DNA of 63,174 nt, counting the filler, from Phoronis australis (Eukaryota > Animalia > Phoronida), in the NCBI GenBank assembly GCA_002633005.1. It is 9 parts of 9 records of this genome, joined end to end, with 100 filler letters (N's around TTAATTAATTAA, not from the genome) between each part and the next. Parts side by side here need not be neighbours in the genome. Positions count along the whole stretch, not along the records: positions 45,680 to 52,261 come from NMRA01002143.1; positions 52,362 to 57,429 come from NMRA01002436.1; positions 57,530 to 60,524 come from NMRA01001872.1; positions 60,625 to 63,174 come from NMRA01003616.1; 5 more parts are not named here. One strand, given 5' to 3'. How positions within the stretch are numbered: the stretch's first letter is position 1; the number at the start of each line of letters is the position of its first letter. Of this stretch, positions 48,767 to 60,923 are shown in pieces. Under the pieces are notes generated by a model. It worked only from the letters and a program-made list of their open reading frames with translations, was not told where the DNA came from and did no database searches. Both the position numbers and the translations under genes were made by a program.

Positions 48767-51611
48767 GGGTGCATCGATTTTTTGAGAAGATTAAATTTGT
48801 GCTTTGACCGCGAATTTGTTGCGAACTCGGTGGAGCACGACACTATAAATGGTATTGGCAGAAAGAACAATTCCTCATGGTTTGTTGAACCCGTTTTACG
48901 TAAATTTATAGAGTTTTGTGTTTGCTATGGACGGCTAAAGTGAAGCACCCGTGGAATTTCTAGTCAGGATCATACCTTGTAGTATATATACTCGGGAACC
49001 CAATGGTCGTCCGCCTAAGCATAAAATCGGCTTGTTGTCGTACTCACCCAATCATTCCACTTCAAAGTTATGATCTGAATAGGATTTGATTTAACTCTCA
49101 CAAATATATAGTATTCGTTGATTCAAACGTTTTCTTTTACTTATGCCGAGTTGTTCAACTGTGCATTGCTTTTCGGCAGCCATTTTATAATGACACCTAT
49201 GGTCGTCATATGCTGCCGCCTTTTGAAAGAACAGCAAACCACACAGAAAAAGGCCAAGAAAATAGTGGAAAGTGGTATACAGCAATTCTACTTCAACCAC
49301 AAACTGCTTTACTAGTATGATATCGATTTTTAAATCGATTAAAATTGATTTAGAATTTCAGTTCTGGAAAATAAATCACGACTGAGCCCTGGATTGTTTT
49401 ATTCCAGATATACCTTACTTATTTCTGTTTGTGACCTCTTTATTTGACTTTTTGCTCTTGTTGTACTTAACACCACTTATCTTTGCTGTCTTACTTTTTC
49501 TTTTCAGTTTCTCTTCATTCTCTGTTAACACCTTGTCAGCCAGAACAGAACTATAACCCTTTGAGACTTTGTCGGCGCAAGTTGATCATTGAACCTCAAT
49601 ACAATTGTTCTAATAAATTACCCATAATCGTATTGTTTGATTTTTTCTCATCTTTAACAGGCTTATGCAATCATAAATAAATAAATAAATACCCAAGTCG
49701 CATTTGAATTTTATTGCTCAATCTCTTCTTTTATTTTTGATTATGTCATGCTGTGTTGTATGTAACAATGCAATATAGTGAAATAAAGTCAATGTTTTAC
49801 TTTATTGGTGGCCATTCTCTATCAATTCAAGTATTTTAATTTTCTTCAAATAAATTCAAAATGCTTTAATCAAAAATGTCAACATAAATGTCGAGCTCAG
49901 TACTGTGTTTTGCAATAAAAAAACAAGTGGACAATGTTTTGATGACCAAGGCGTGGGTCGAAACTGTTAAGCACCCAGCGTGTTCCATTTGTCTGCTGCG
50001 TTTTTCCTTTGGCCTAACAGGTGTCGGTTAGTGCCTGGGACAAATAGATACATTGCATAGACAATCCCTGAGTTGCTTTTTGTTCCGTCTGAAGAAAATT
50101 TAATTTCGAAAATATCTTCTGAAAATGAACAAAAAAGTGCATTAGTAAAATCAACAAATTTTTAAGTGGTCTCAAAAAAAAACAGTCGGTAAATGCACTA
50201 ATTTTAGTCTCAGTTCTTCCATGCGTGTTTCTCCCGAGAGGTTAGTACCTAACGTGCAGACGAGCACTCCAAATTGGAACGCTAAGTCCCGCGTGGTTGC
50301 GCTGCACGCGAAACACGATGGCGGACGACCTTTGGAGCCTGACGACGATAGGTATCCTGACTATATATAGTGTGGCAGAGACTTTATGATGTGTTAGGCA
50401 GCGTAGTTTGCGTGTTTTCTCTGTTCCAACGAAAACCCGTATTTGTGAACGTTGATGTTTTAAATAAAATAATCTTTCGTTAAAGTGATATTCATAATTA
50501 CAGAACAGATCCATCCATTCCCTCAAGAGTAATTTTACTGCCAGAGAATCAGCCGTAACAATTATAAGAAAAATACTTTCGTAGAATGTAAATTTGTTCG
50601 TTTTGTAATTGTTATCTTACCGGCTCGCGTAGAATGCCTACAATCGGTAAGACTTAGAAAAATATGGAATTTTGGGAGAAAATCAATTAAAACACGTCTT
50701 AATTGAAAAGAAATTTGGCTGAGACCCCCCGTGAAAACCAAATTCCGCATCAAATGCGATACACTAAAAATTAATCAATGAGAATTAGCCACAAAGAAAT
50801 GTTTATAAACGTCATACACCATTACAAAGTCCGAGCACTCCTGTTACACATATTGGGGATGATCAGAAGCTGAGGACGCCTGTGCTGGGCCTCAGTCTAA
50901 GAGACCTAAACAGATGGACGAGATTTGAATACCTGGATCAGAATCAAGCAAAGAGTGTATAATAATGTGCTGTTTTTAAGGTGGATACAATAACTTGGCT
51001 GAAACACTCACTTATAACGTTTTTAAGGACGCACGTAAATATTTCCAAGATGGCGGTTTTACCATGACATTTGTAAACACTTACCTTGAACGATTAACGG
51101 CAGGTTGACAAAATAAATTTCTCCAACAAAAAGCCACTGAGTACGTGCAGCAAGCAAAGCGATGCCCTGCCAGACTTTACTTGTTTTATCGCCCCAATAA
51201 TTAGACTGGTATCAGCTCATAAGAAAAAATTGACAGCACATATACGCCAACTCCATCTCCATTTGATATCCAAAACTGAACTGCCAATCAAAACCATTGC
51301 GGATATGCTGTGCGTGAACTTGGAATCTTTCAGTTTATCCCAATAGATGTCGCTAACCACTCGATCTTCACTCGCTTTGGAAGCCTGAGTGCGGTGGACT
51401 CGGGCTACGCCGCCCTGGTACGATACATTGACGGGGTCATGGTGTGCCAATCGGATTTAGAGGGGGTCCAAGGGGCACATGGCCCCCTAAAATTTCCCCA
51501 AAAATAAGCGGGAAATTTAAAGTCAGCATGTAAGTTATCCTTACAAATTAGACCGCCGGCGCCGAGCAGCTCAGCAGAGTGCACTTGAGCGCTGAACGCC
51601 ACCGTCCGCGG

Positions 51612-52261
51612 CAGGCCCGTAGAAAGGTAAAAATTATTGGGGGGGCACCGACCCTGGTCGATACGTAACTTGCAATTTCGAAACCACTGCGTTGCACTGG
51701 GGTGTATATATCAACGCTGTAAAATGAACTACTGCAACCACTAGGTACGTATACGTAACTTCTAATTTCGAAACCACTGCGTTACACTGGGGTGTATATA
51801 TCAACGCTGTAAAATGAACTACTGCAACCACTAGGTACGTTTTGAATTATATGAAAAATATGTCTACTAATATTAATTTGTGTAACAGATGCTGTACTTT
51901 TAGAGTTAATTTTTTGTTAAGATTGACTGGAAATTTTTGGAGCAACATACATGCCGCTCATACGATTACTCTTGCTGAACAGTAAGAATGAAGGTGTGAA
52001 ATAATTGTAAATGTTTTTATTTACTCTTCACTATAAATCAGTGGACGTTGCCCTGCTGCACACAGGAACTCGGGCTGCAGCTAAGTCTAATGTGGTAAAA
52101 ACCCCGAGTTGTGCCTTTCGCATTTCACTTCCTCGTACAAAATCGTTTGCCACAGCCACCAAATTTAGCTTATCGCACATGTCTTTGTGAACATGGAGCA
52201 TCATTAAGTGGTTCAACCTCCCCTGTCCCATTGTGGAACGTAAATATGACTAAGAGCACTA
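51612..52261 (-). mobile_element. 3' end of a hAT (ZMYM1-like) transposon: C-terminal dimerisation-region remnant plus candidate terminus
   Basis: MGQGRLNHLMMLHVHKDMCDKLNLVAVANDFVRGSEMR (52031-52231); CAGGCCCGTAG...GGGGGGC terminus-like motif at 51612; 90-nt tandem duplication 51661-51840. Confidence 0.75.
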
Positions 52262-53789
52262 NNNNNNNNNNNNNNNNNNNNNNNNNNNNNNNNNNNNNNN
52301 NNNNNTTAATTAATTAANNNNNNNNNNNNNNNNNNNNNNNNNNNNNNNNNNNNNNNNNNNNATTTTTAACAGTCATAACATAAATAAAATGGCTAATTCC
52401 TAATGTTGTTTAGTGTTTATCCATTTCAAGAGAAGACAGAACACTGTGCTATTAAAGGAATTCGTTGAGATTACGGGAGGTACTCTAAACAGTGCAAGTC
52501 CAAATTACTGAAAAGTTTTGATCACAAATTTTTAAGGTGTATTGATTAGTACCATTGCCAAAAGTATATGGTTTTACCCAATATAAAACTGACAACTAGA
52601 ATGTTGAGTCACCAGTGCGTCCAATCTAATTATTTTCTGTACATTTTGCATTTTCTGTTTCTTATTTTACTCATCGTGAAACTCAACTTCATGTGTTCAA
52701 ACATCAAAACCTGAACAATTTGGGTTATTTGTAAACTTATGAAATGTAAACTATGACTGATGTGTTTCTGTTTACAGCATTTGTTGAGAACTGTTGACCT
52801 TGTGCAGTGCACATATCATGTGATCGAGACACAATTGAGGTCAAAAGGAAATGAAATGTTTATGCTTCTGGATAAAAAACAAATTCATCTCAGAATCAGT
52901 TCTCATTTGCCCAACATTTTGTGATGGATGCGATGAGCTGGTTCAGAAATCTAACACAATGGTAGTTTTGGGGGAGAAATTGAGTGAAATTATCAATTGC
53001 AAAAAATGATCCTCAGCTATAAGGTAGTTGACATACGTATGTCACCCCAGGCAGTTGAATCCTGTTCAAATGAATCTCAACGTTTGCTCGCTTACAGCAT
53101 TTCATTCCCTAATGAACAGGCCAACTGCCATGTGAATAAGTCCATTTGGTTTCAGGACACTTGGATGGTTCATTGTTAATCGTTTGATGGTGCGTATACT
53201 TAATTGGTCATTGGGTGAGCATGTGCTCAAAGTTTGAAGTCAAGTAACAAGAGTCATGTCTTAGAACACATTTATTTATGAAACACGCACCAGCACTACA
53301 CCATGCAGCAGGACTGCATTGCCAATAAATAGTGGAATTGTTCAAGTGACTCCAGCAATGGGTAAATCTGTTATTAAAGATGATTTCCTTTCTTTTTGAT
53401 TTCGATTTCCTCTAATTTGATGTCCAGTTTCCTCTTGTTGCATATCTTTGTATGATTATATTAGTCGTGCAAAAACTTTTTTCAGTTAAAAATTTCAACA
53501 AAGAAATATTTCTATCATACAAATCTATTTGTGGGACGATACATCACTTAGAAATTTTCCTTTTTTGTCATTGATCACGGGATATACCATCAAACTGAAT
53601 CCTGCTATCTATGCGTGGAGATACACCATCAGTGCATCATCAGGTTAGTTCATTATTACTATACTTGGGGTCGCTGCCGTCGACAGCATGAAACTACCTG
53701 AGTTACTTATCCATCACTGAACAGTTAATCCAAATTGTTATAGTATTTATGAAATATGCATAGATTTGACTTGTAACTGTTACAAAGAA

Positions 53790-55020
53790 CAAGAATTTCA
53801 AAGACCTATCTTCCCATGCCAAACAAATTGAAATTCTCTAATTCTCTTTCAAACACATTAATAATAAACATACTAGATATTAGAGACGTGGACACAAAAA
53901 GTGGTCATGACTACTTTCAACTTTCCTAAATAAAAATGATATTCTTTATAAACATCAATATGGCTTCAGGAAAGGTCACTCTACAGAACTTGCTTTGCTT
54001 GAACTTTTAGACCGCACTTGTTCCCATCTTGAATTCCTTGGTCATCGTTCTTGATCTCTCTAAATCTTTCAATACAATAGACCACCAAATACTCTAACTT
54101 ACAAAAGATGAATCTTTATGGTAATACTGGAGTACGTTGAATAGACACTGTATAAAAATTATCTCTCAAACTGTACCCAATATGTTTCGCTTAAGGATAC
54201 GACTTCCAGTTGCTTATTACCAATATCTACCGGAGTTCCCCAAGGCTCTGTGCTTGGCATGCTTCTCTTCTTAGTTTACATCAACGATCTCCTGTCTTTT
54301 TTCCCCATTGACACACTTGTTTATGCTACCGACATTTGTCTCATCACACCTTACAGTCTCACTGTTGCAAGAATCAGCCACCATCAACAACTACCTTAAG
54401 TCTATTTCAGTCTGGTTTTCCGTGAACAAACATTCAATTAATACATCTAAAAGCAGATTAATGATCTTGCTCCACCACCACAAGAAAATTGAAAAATGTA
54501 TTATTCTCACCATATAAATAGACTAATATGTCATGTCGACAGTTCCTTGGTATTACCGTTGTCAAACACCTTTCATGGTCTCCCACGTAAACCTCATTTC
54601 AAACAAACTTAACAATCTCTGTGAACTCATATCAATTGAAATCCTATCTTTCTCTCTCTCTCTCAGTTAATATATAATTCACTTGTCCTCCCACATTCAA
54701 ACTACAGCATTGCAACTTGGGGTTTTGGTAACACTAAGAAACTTCGGACAGCCCAAAAGAGGGCCTTTGGAATATATCAAATTCCAGTTATAATGGTCAC
54801 ACTCTGCCCATATGTAAGGAATTTTGCTTCTCTCTACTTCAAGACTTCAAAATTTTTCTACAAATTCCTCAATAATCAGCTTCCTAAGTATTTTTACACT
54901 AACAACTTCTTTACTAAACCCATCCAATATAAACCAACTAGAAACATTAAAACTCAAGCTCACCTAAATGAATACTCAGCTGCTATTCCGACAATACAAC
55001 CAACCCAAAATTATAATTAA
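53790..55020 (+). mobile_element. Degenerate L2/CR1-group LINE reverse transcriptase fragment
   Basis: KHQYGFRKGHSTELAL, LDLSKSFNTIDH, GVPQGSVLG, FLVYINDL and a YATD remnant, with frameshifts and stops. Confidence 0.88.
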
Positions 55021-55627
55021 TTCCTCAATCCAACAAATTGTCATCAAGAGCCTGTGTTAGATTTGAAATTACTTGCCTAAAAACAAGAAATACCAGTCTC
55101 TGCTCTACATTTTGCAAAAAACACTCTTTGAAAGCATTCTACAGGTTCCCAAAGGAGGTGGGTAAAACCATGTTTGACACAAGGAAATGGATGATACCAA
55201 TTGTAGCAATATTAGGAAAAATGCTGCTGGCCTGTAGTGTCAAATTTGCCTGTGCCAGGATGATTTCAATGGAATACAAACCCATGAATAGAGCAGCTGT
55301 CACAGGCTCGTTCACTAGGAAACTCAAACTGTATAAGAATTGATTTCATTTATGAAATCAGAAAACTATATAAACGAGAACTGCTATCATAACGGGGAAG
55401 AAGAAAACCACNCTATCATAACGGGGAAGAAGAAAACCACTTGGTCTTGTTCAGTAGCTCTACAAACATTCAATCTCAAAAACAACATGAAGGTAATAAA
55501 TTCTCTACCAAACTGACCTTCTGAGAAGTTTTTACTGCCTTCAATTAAAGCATGGTAAACAAGAAATTGCCCAGGTTCGATTTATTATGCAATCACACTT
55601 TGCACGCATACATCATTCATCCTGGAA

Positions 55628-56711
55628 TCATTTTGGAGGAGCCGGATAAGACATAGGATATCCAACTGAGTAAGCTGCTGAGCTGGACTGTGGCTCATGG
55701 GGGTTACAATAAACTGGCCTCGTAGCCAAGCCAACATTCAACCCACTGGCTGTATCCGCAACACTCACTGGGTTATTAAGGGAAGATACAGGGTTACCTA
55801 ACTTGAACTTTCTTGGGGGAATGGCAGGTCTTCTCCCAGCACTAGGTGGAAGTGCTGACCTCTGTTGTTGTCTCTGTTCACTACCAAGAACCTTCTCGCC
55901 TTCGACATTTTGACGACTTACCGAGGGTGCTGCTAATGGATTTCTGTTAGGATTGACATTCTTCATCATGTGATAATTGATGGCATGTTCTTTTCTGTCA
56001 TGCAGAAGGGGATGCGGAATAGGAGGACACGAGGTAACACGAGTGGAATTAGCTTGACCTGGAATGACGTCCTTCACAGTCGTGGGTACATCAGACACTG
56101 GATTGGTCAGAGGAACTGGACTGCTTTGAAGAGAGTTCCTCAAAAACCGGACCACAGGAACGGGGTTTCTCGCAGAACTACCTCCAAGCTGCTGGTCAAT
56201 CTCTGAGTAAGGTGGTGGCATGTCCCCCACAAGGATATCATGGCCAGACGTAGCAACCTTACCAGAAACTGCTGCAGAAGTTGCAATGGAGGAAGCGGGT
56301 TCTGGCATGGATTCAGACGTCAGCAATGGTGAGTCAGTGATGTCATTGACTGTATACTGTATAATATACTCGGGGTAACACTGCTGGGGCTCCGTTGCCA
56401 TGTAAACACCAGGATTGGCAAAATCATCCAATACTGTGTGAACAGACGGTGCCTGCAGTGAACCAGATCCAACCAGACCAAGGGCAACACGGCCCACAAA
56501 CATAACCACGGGACCGTCTGCTTTAGACAGCATTAACCGGTGCATGAGGTGAGATGCTTTAGTGAAATAAATGCCGTTACCCAGTTTTGAGAAGTTAGGA
56601 GTGAAGTTACACTTCGTGACAGAATCAACCAAATATTTGTGACCTGATCGCCCATAGAAAAGCCTTATTTCATTATTAGTGCCACATATCTGAGAGAGCT
56701 CTTGCCGTTTC
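55628..56711 (-). CDS. Terminal exon: PARP/ART-fold domain (PARP12/13-like, probably inactive) plus ~240-aa Pro/Ser-rich tail
   Basis: Acceptor ttcttacag|; NEIRLFYG, GNGIYF, VVMFVGRVALG, NPGVY and CYPEYIIQY match the mono-ART motif order; long open frame to TGA. Confidence 0.8.
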
Positions 56712-57529
56712 CTGTAAGAAACATGAAAAAAATCTCGATTAATAAAATGATAACACAAGCTTTAGAACAGTGCTGTAGAGGTAAAATTAGAGGTAAGTAG
56801 GTGCCCAAAGCCCATCATATCACCTTGAGCACTGAACGTAAGTTGCGGTGCATAGGCGCTGCGTTCAAACGCCAAAAGGTGGTTGGCTGTGCCTATACGT
56901 GCGTTGACACCCCCTACAGCACTGGTTTAGATACACATGAAAATTATAAATCACAACTTGATTTTGCCGAGATTGCAGAGCCCCCTGTCTCCGAACTGGG
57001 GATTGATGACTGACTGGCTCCCGCGAAAAATTTCGTTGCACTCTGGCGGTGTTTATAGACTACATCTACAAGCAGGCCATGGACATGAGACAGAGAAGTA
57101 ATTATCACATTCAATTGTATAGTAAGTTCTCGAAAGTGTGATTTATAATCTTTTTGCATCTAGTTATATTTCACCTGGATGAATGATGTTCATCGTCTAA
57201 GCTTTAGAAATGATAAAACAGGGTCACATGTTAAAGTCTTTTTATGCAGGAAAAATTTGTTGAAGAGTGTTAACTGGCCTTTGTGAACACGTGCAGAAAT
57301 GCCATCACCTGTATCCATAAGTGGGTGACCAGTCCAGTCACCACTGGTGGCAATATTGAACATTCTTTTAAATTCTGATTTTGAAAACCTGTAAACTTGT
57401 GATATTTTGTCTCCCAAGAATTGAACCTCNNNNNNNNNNNNNNNNNNNNNNNNNNNNNNNNNNNNNNNNNNNNTTAATTAATTAANNNNNNNNNNNNNNN
57501 NNNNNNNNNNNNNNNNNNNNNNNNNNNNN

Positions 57530-57630
57530 TCTCATCGTCTCACTCTCATCGTCTCACTCTCATCGTCTCACTCATTGTCTCTCAATCATCGTCTCTCACT
57601 CATCGTCTCTCACTCATTGTCTCTCTCACT
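57530..57630. repeat. CTCATCGTCTCA-type simple repeat at contig edge
   Basis: Repeated CTCATCGTCTCACT. Confidence 0.9.
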
Positions 57631-58009
57631 TGTGGATTAGTTTCCCACTAACACACCATAAACATATGACTGTTACTGCATGCAGGCAACATTTCAATGA
57701 CAAGAGTCTTCTGCACCTGTTAATAAACATTTCTCATTGGCGTGTGTTGGTCAATAGTCAGCGTTTGAGTGTCTGCATTTCACCATATCTGTTTGGACTG
57801 TGTTATCTATAGTGTAACTGTCACTTAGTGTTGTTATCTAAGTGTCACTTAGTGTTGTTGATATAGCGTAATTGTCACTTAGCAGTGTTATCGACAGTGT
57901 GTCACATAGTATTGTTACCTTTATTGTGTCACTTAGTATTATTATCTGTAGTGTAATTGTCCCTTAGTATTTTGTGGTTCACAACTTCTTTGGACTGTTT
58001 CATTTTCAG

Positions 58010-58214
58010 TTGAAATGGCCGAAACATTTGACTTCACGGCACTGCGTCTTGATTGGTTCAGACTTCAGTGTTACACCAGTGTGTCCAAGTCGTCACTGAT
58101 ACTGCGAGAACACAGCAATCTAGCCAATCACATGAACACTGTGGTATTCCATACAAAGATGGTTGACTACTTGGACGAGATGTTGAAGGAGACTTCTGAC
58201 TTGTCTTTTTATTG
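58010..58214 (+). CDS. NCKAP1: NCKAP1/Nap1/Hem (WAVE complex) internal exon
   Basis: [21 protein letters not shown]...[12 protein letters not shown]...ETSDLS; ttcag| ... TG|gtaatc. Confidence 0.96.
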
Positions 58215-58456
58215 GTAATCACTCTTATGAGGTGTGGTGGGACTTTCGTCTTGTTGGGTTCTTTAATGTGACTGGTGTCTTTTTAGAAAAAAGTCAGATA
58301 TTAATTGAATTGTAATTTAGTGACATTTTGGTATTTTAACGAATATTATATTTGCTTTGTGTCTGAAAATAATGATAGTTAAAATCACCGGTAAATGTTC
58401 ATTGCAGGTTGGCTGTATTGCTCTAAATTATATTGGACTTTATATTATTCACATAT

Positions 58457-58740
58457 CACTGTACAGCCATACTGTACAGCTACACTGTACGACTACACTG
58501 TATGATTACACTATACGACTACACCGTATGACTACACCGTACAGCTACACTGTACGACTACACTGTATAACTACACTTGTCAGCTTCACTCTACGGCTTC
58601 ACTGTGTAGCTGTATAGTTTAGTCGAACAATGTTGTCGTATGGTGTAGTCGTGCGTTATAGTCGTACGGTGTAGTTGTACGGTGTAGTCGTACGATGTAG
58701 TTGTTCAGTGTAATCGTACAGTGTAGTCGTACAGTGTAGG
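58457..58740. repeat. 13-nt minisatellite in two inverted blocks in an NCKAP1 intron
   Basis: (CTACACTGTACGA)n then (TCGTACAGTGTAG)n. Confidence 0.9.
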
Positions 58741-58881
58741 TGAGTCTATAGTGAAGCAGAATATTCTCATTGCTTACTTTTGTTGAGAAATTTAGCAAAG
58801 AAGATTTCATGTTTCTTCCATATAGTATTGTGAACTAGAGAAAACACTTATTTTCATCTCGTTCACTCTTTTTCTCCTTAG

Positions 58882-59014
58882 TTTCTTCACCAGCTTGTTC
58901 GAGCATCAGTTCCGTCAATGTTTGGAATTCACATCACAGCACCGCTACAGTATAGCCTTCCCCATGGTCTGTGCACACTTCATGAATGCCACACATGAGC
59001 TGTGTCCTGAGGAG
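58882..59014 (+). CDS. NCKAP1: NCKAP1 internal exon ([15 protein letters not shown]...RYSIAFP...THELCPEE)
   Basis: cttag| ... GAG|gtagga; phase matches the previous exon. Confidence 0.96.
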
Positions 59015-59249
59015 GTAGGACATAGTGTGCCTGGCACAGTGTTAGAGTTCTGCTGGACAGTGTTACCAATTATTGTGGGAAAAAAGCTCATAAGACATGC
59101 ACCAAGTAATCAAAAATTTTCTCATTAGCACTGAACTCATACCTGCATAGAGTTTGTCAAGTTGTCAAGTTGGAAACTTGGGCTAAAACAAAAAGTGCAC
59201 TTAATTTTCAGTATTTTTCTAACTTCGTTACGCTTTGTTTGAATTTCAG

Positions 59250-59369
59250 CGACACTCAATAGGTACGACTAGTATCCAGTATGCCAACTTTTTCCTGAAA
59301 GATATCGCAGAAGAGGTTGACCAAGTAATTACAGCAATGTGTGACGAACATTGCAAGTTGGCAGATCAG
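59250..59369 (+). CDS. NCKAP1: NCKAP1 internal exon (RHSIGTTS...FLKDIA...CDEHCKLADQ)
   Basis: ttcag| ... CAG|gtacag; resembles human RHHIGDRS...CTEQCTLSDQ. Confidence 0.94.
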
Positions 59370-59594
59370 GTACAGTATTGTCACATTGTTGTGGTGCCCT
59401 CTACAGGGGGATCTTACAGTTATCAGGTACAGTATTGTCACATTGGTCTGTTGTACACAGCAAGGGGATCTTATAGTTATCAGGTAGAGTATTGCCACAT
59501 TGTTGTGGTGCCCCCTTCTGGGGGATCTTGTAGTTATCAGATACGGTATTGCCACATTGTTGTGGTGCCCTCTACAGGGGGATCTTATAGTTAT
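59365..59594. repeat. 57-nt tandem repeat x4 overlapping the NCKAP1 splice donor
   Basis: Unit ATCAGGTACAGTATTGTCACATTGTTGTGGTGCCCTCTACAGGGGGATCTTACAGTT. Confidence 0.92.
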
Positions 59595-59649
59595 GCTGCT
59601 ATGTTTGAATTATGTTGGTAATAAAGCAGTCTTACTGAAAATCATATTT

Positions 59650-60524
59650 ACATGTGGGTCCATATTGCCATCATCTCTGTCTGGGCATTCGGCGTCCACA
59701 GCTGTATCTCGTAAACCCCTCGTAGGGTCTTGATGAGATTTGGCAGATATGTTTTCATGAAGGTGACGACGGATGACGGCGGATGACGGCAAATTTTGGA
59801 CCTTTCTGACTACCAGTGTGCCCCCTAGTTGCAGTTTTAGCATTCTTCAGATCTTGTAAATGGAATTTCATAAAATTTGGCAATTAGGCATCTATTAGTG
59901 AGATGACCCTATTCTCCTGTTTTCGGATGGATTCGAGGTGCTCTGTGCTACCAGTGGCCATTTTTACTGTTTTTGAGCCCATGTCACCTAAACGCTGTTA
60001 AGGATCTTCATTAAATTTTACGAGTGTATTTATATGAAGTTGACGACAGGCGACAACTTTCAGACGTATTGAACTACTGTTGTGCCCCCTAGTGGCAATT
60101 TTATTTTTTTACGTTTACTTCTGTTTCTTGTATCTTCAAGGGTCCTCATTAGATTTCCATAAAATTTGGCAGATAGATAACTATTAGCGAGATGATGCTA
60201 TCCTCCAGTATTTGGGTTGATTCAAGTTATTTTGCACCACCTGGTGGCCATTTTTAATGTTTTCGAAATTGGCATGTATGTTTCTAATATAAAGAAAACG
60301 ACTGACAATGATTTCCCATCGACCTTGACTACTGTGGCACCTCCTAGTGACAGTTTTTTACGCTCAGAGGTGTATCTCCTCTTTATGTGAAGTTGACTGT
60401 GCCTTCTCGTGGCAATTTCATTTTTTCCATTTTTCTCTTTTCATCTGATGCTGTTTGACGGATTTTTATGAAATTTGGTAAATAGTTTTCTATTGAAACG
60501 ATGACATGTGTTCGGATGAATTAG
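59650..60524 (+). mobile_element. Second, more degenerate HINE/DINE-1-like element (family of 23305-24420), downstream of an NCKAP1 donor
   Basis: Same AAATTTGG cores, CTATTAG.GAGATGA and GCCCCCTAGTGGCAATT subunits. Confidence 0.65.
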
Positions 60525-60923
60525 NNNNNNNNNNNNNNNNNNNNNNNNNNNNNNNNNNNNNNNNNNNNTTAATTAATTAANNNNNNNNNNNNNNNNNNNN
60601 NNNNNNNNNNNNNNNNNNNNNNNNTGCTGTTTACGTACTCAACAATTAGTTTTCCATGAAGTAAATAGCCTCCAAATAATTCCCGACTCCCTCTGTGCGA
60701 CTTTCCATCTGGTAATGGCAAGTTTGCTCAATACCTTCCAGGTATGGGGAAAAATAGGTCAGTCACAAAACGACACGCATGTCACTAGTGTTAACTTTCT
60801 TTCGGAGGTATAAAACAAAGCCGGGATTTGGTTTTTACATATTGAGAAAAGACGTTTTTTGAAAACGGAATTTGTTGTGTAAAATGAGAGTGACACACCA
60901 TATAGAATGCGAGACAATTTTAA

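Noticed and set aside
57190-57429. Minus-strand ORF as upstream exon of the pseudo-PARP
   Set aside because: KISQVYRF..F loosely resembles the ART N-terminal strand, but there is no convincing phase-2 donor and the contig ends here.
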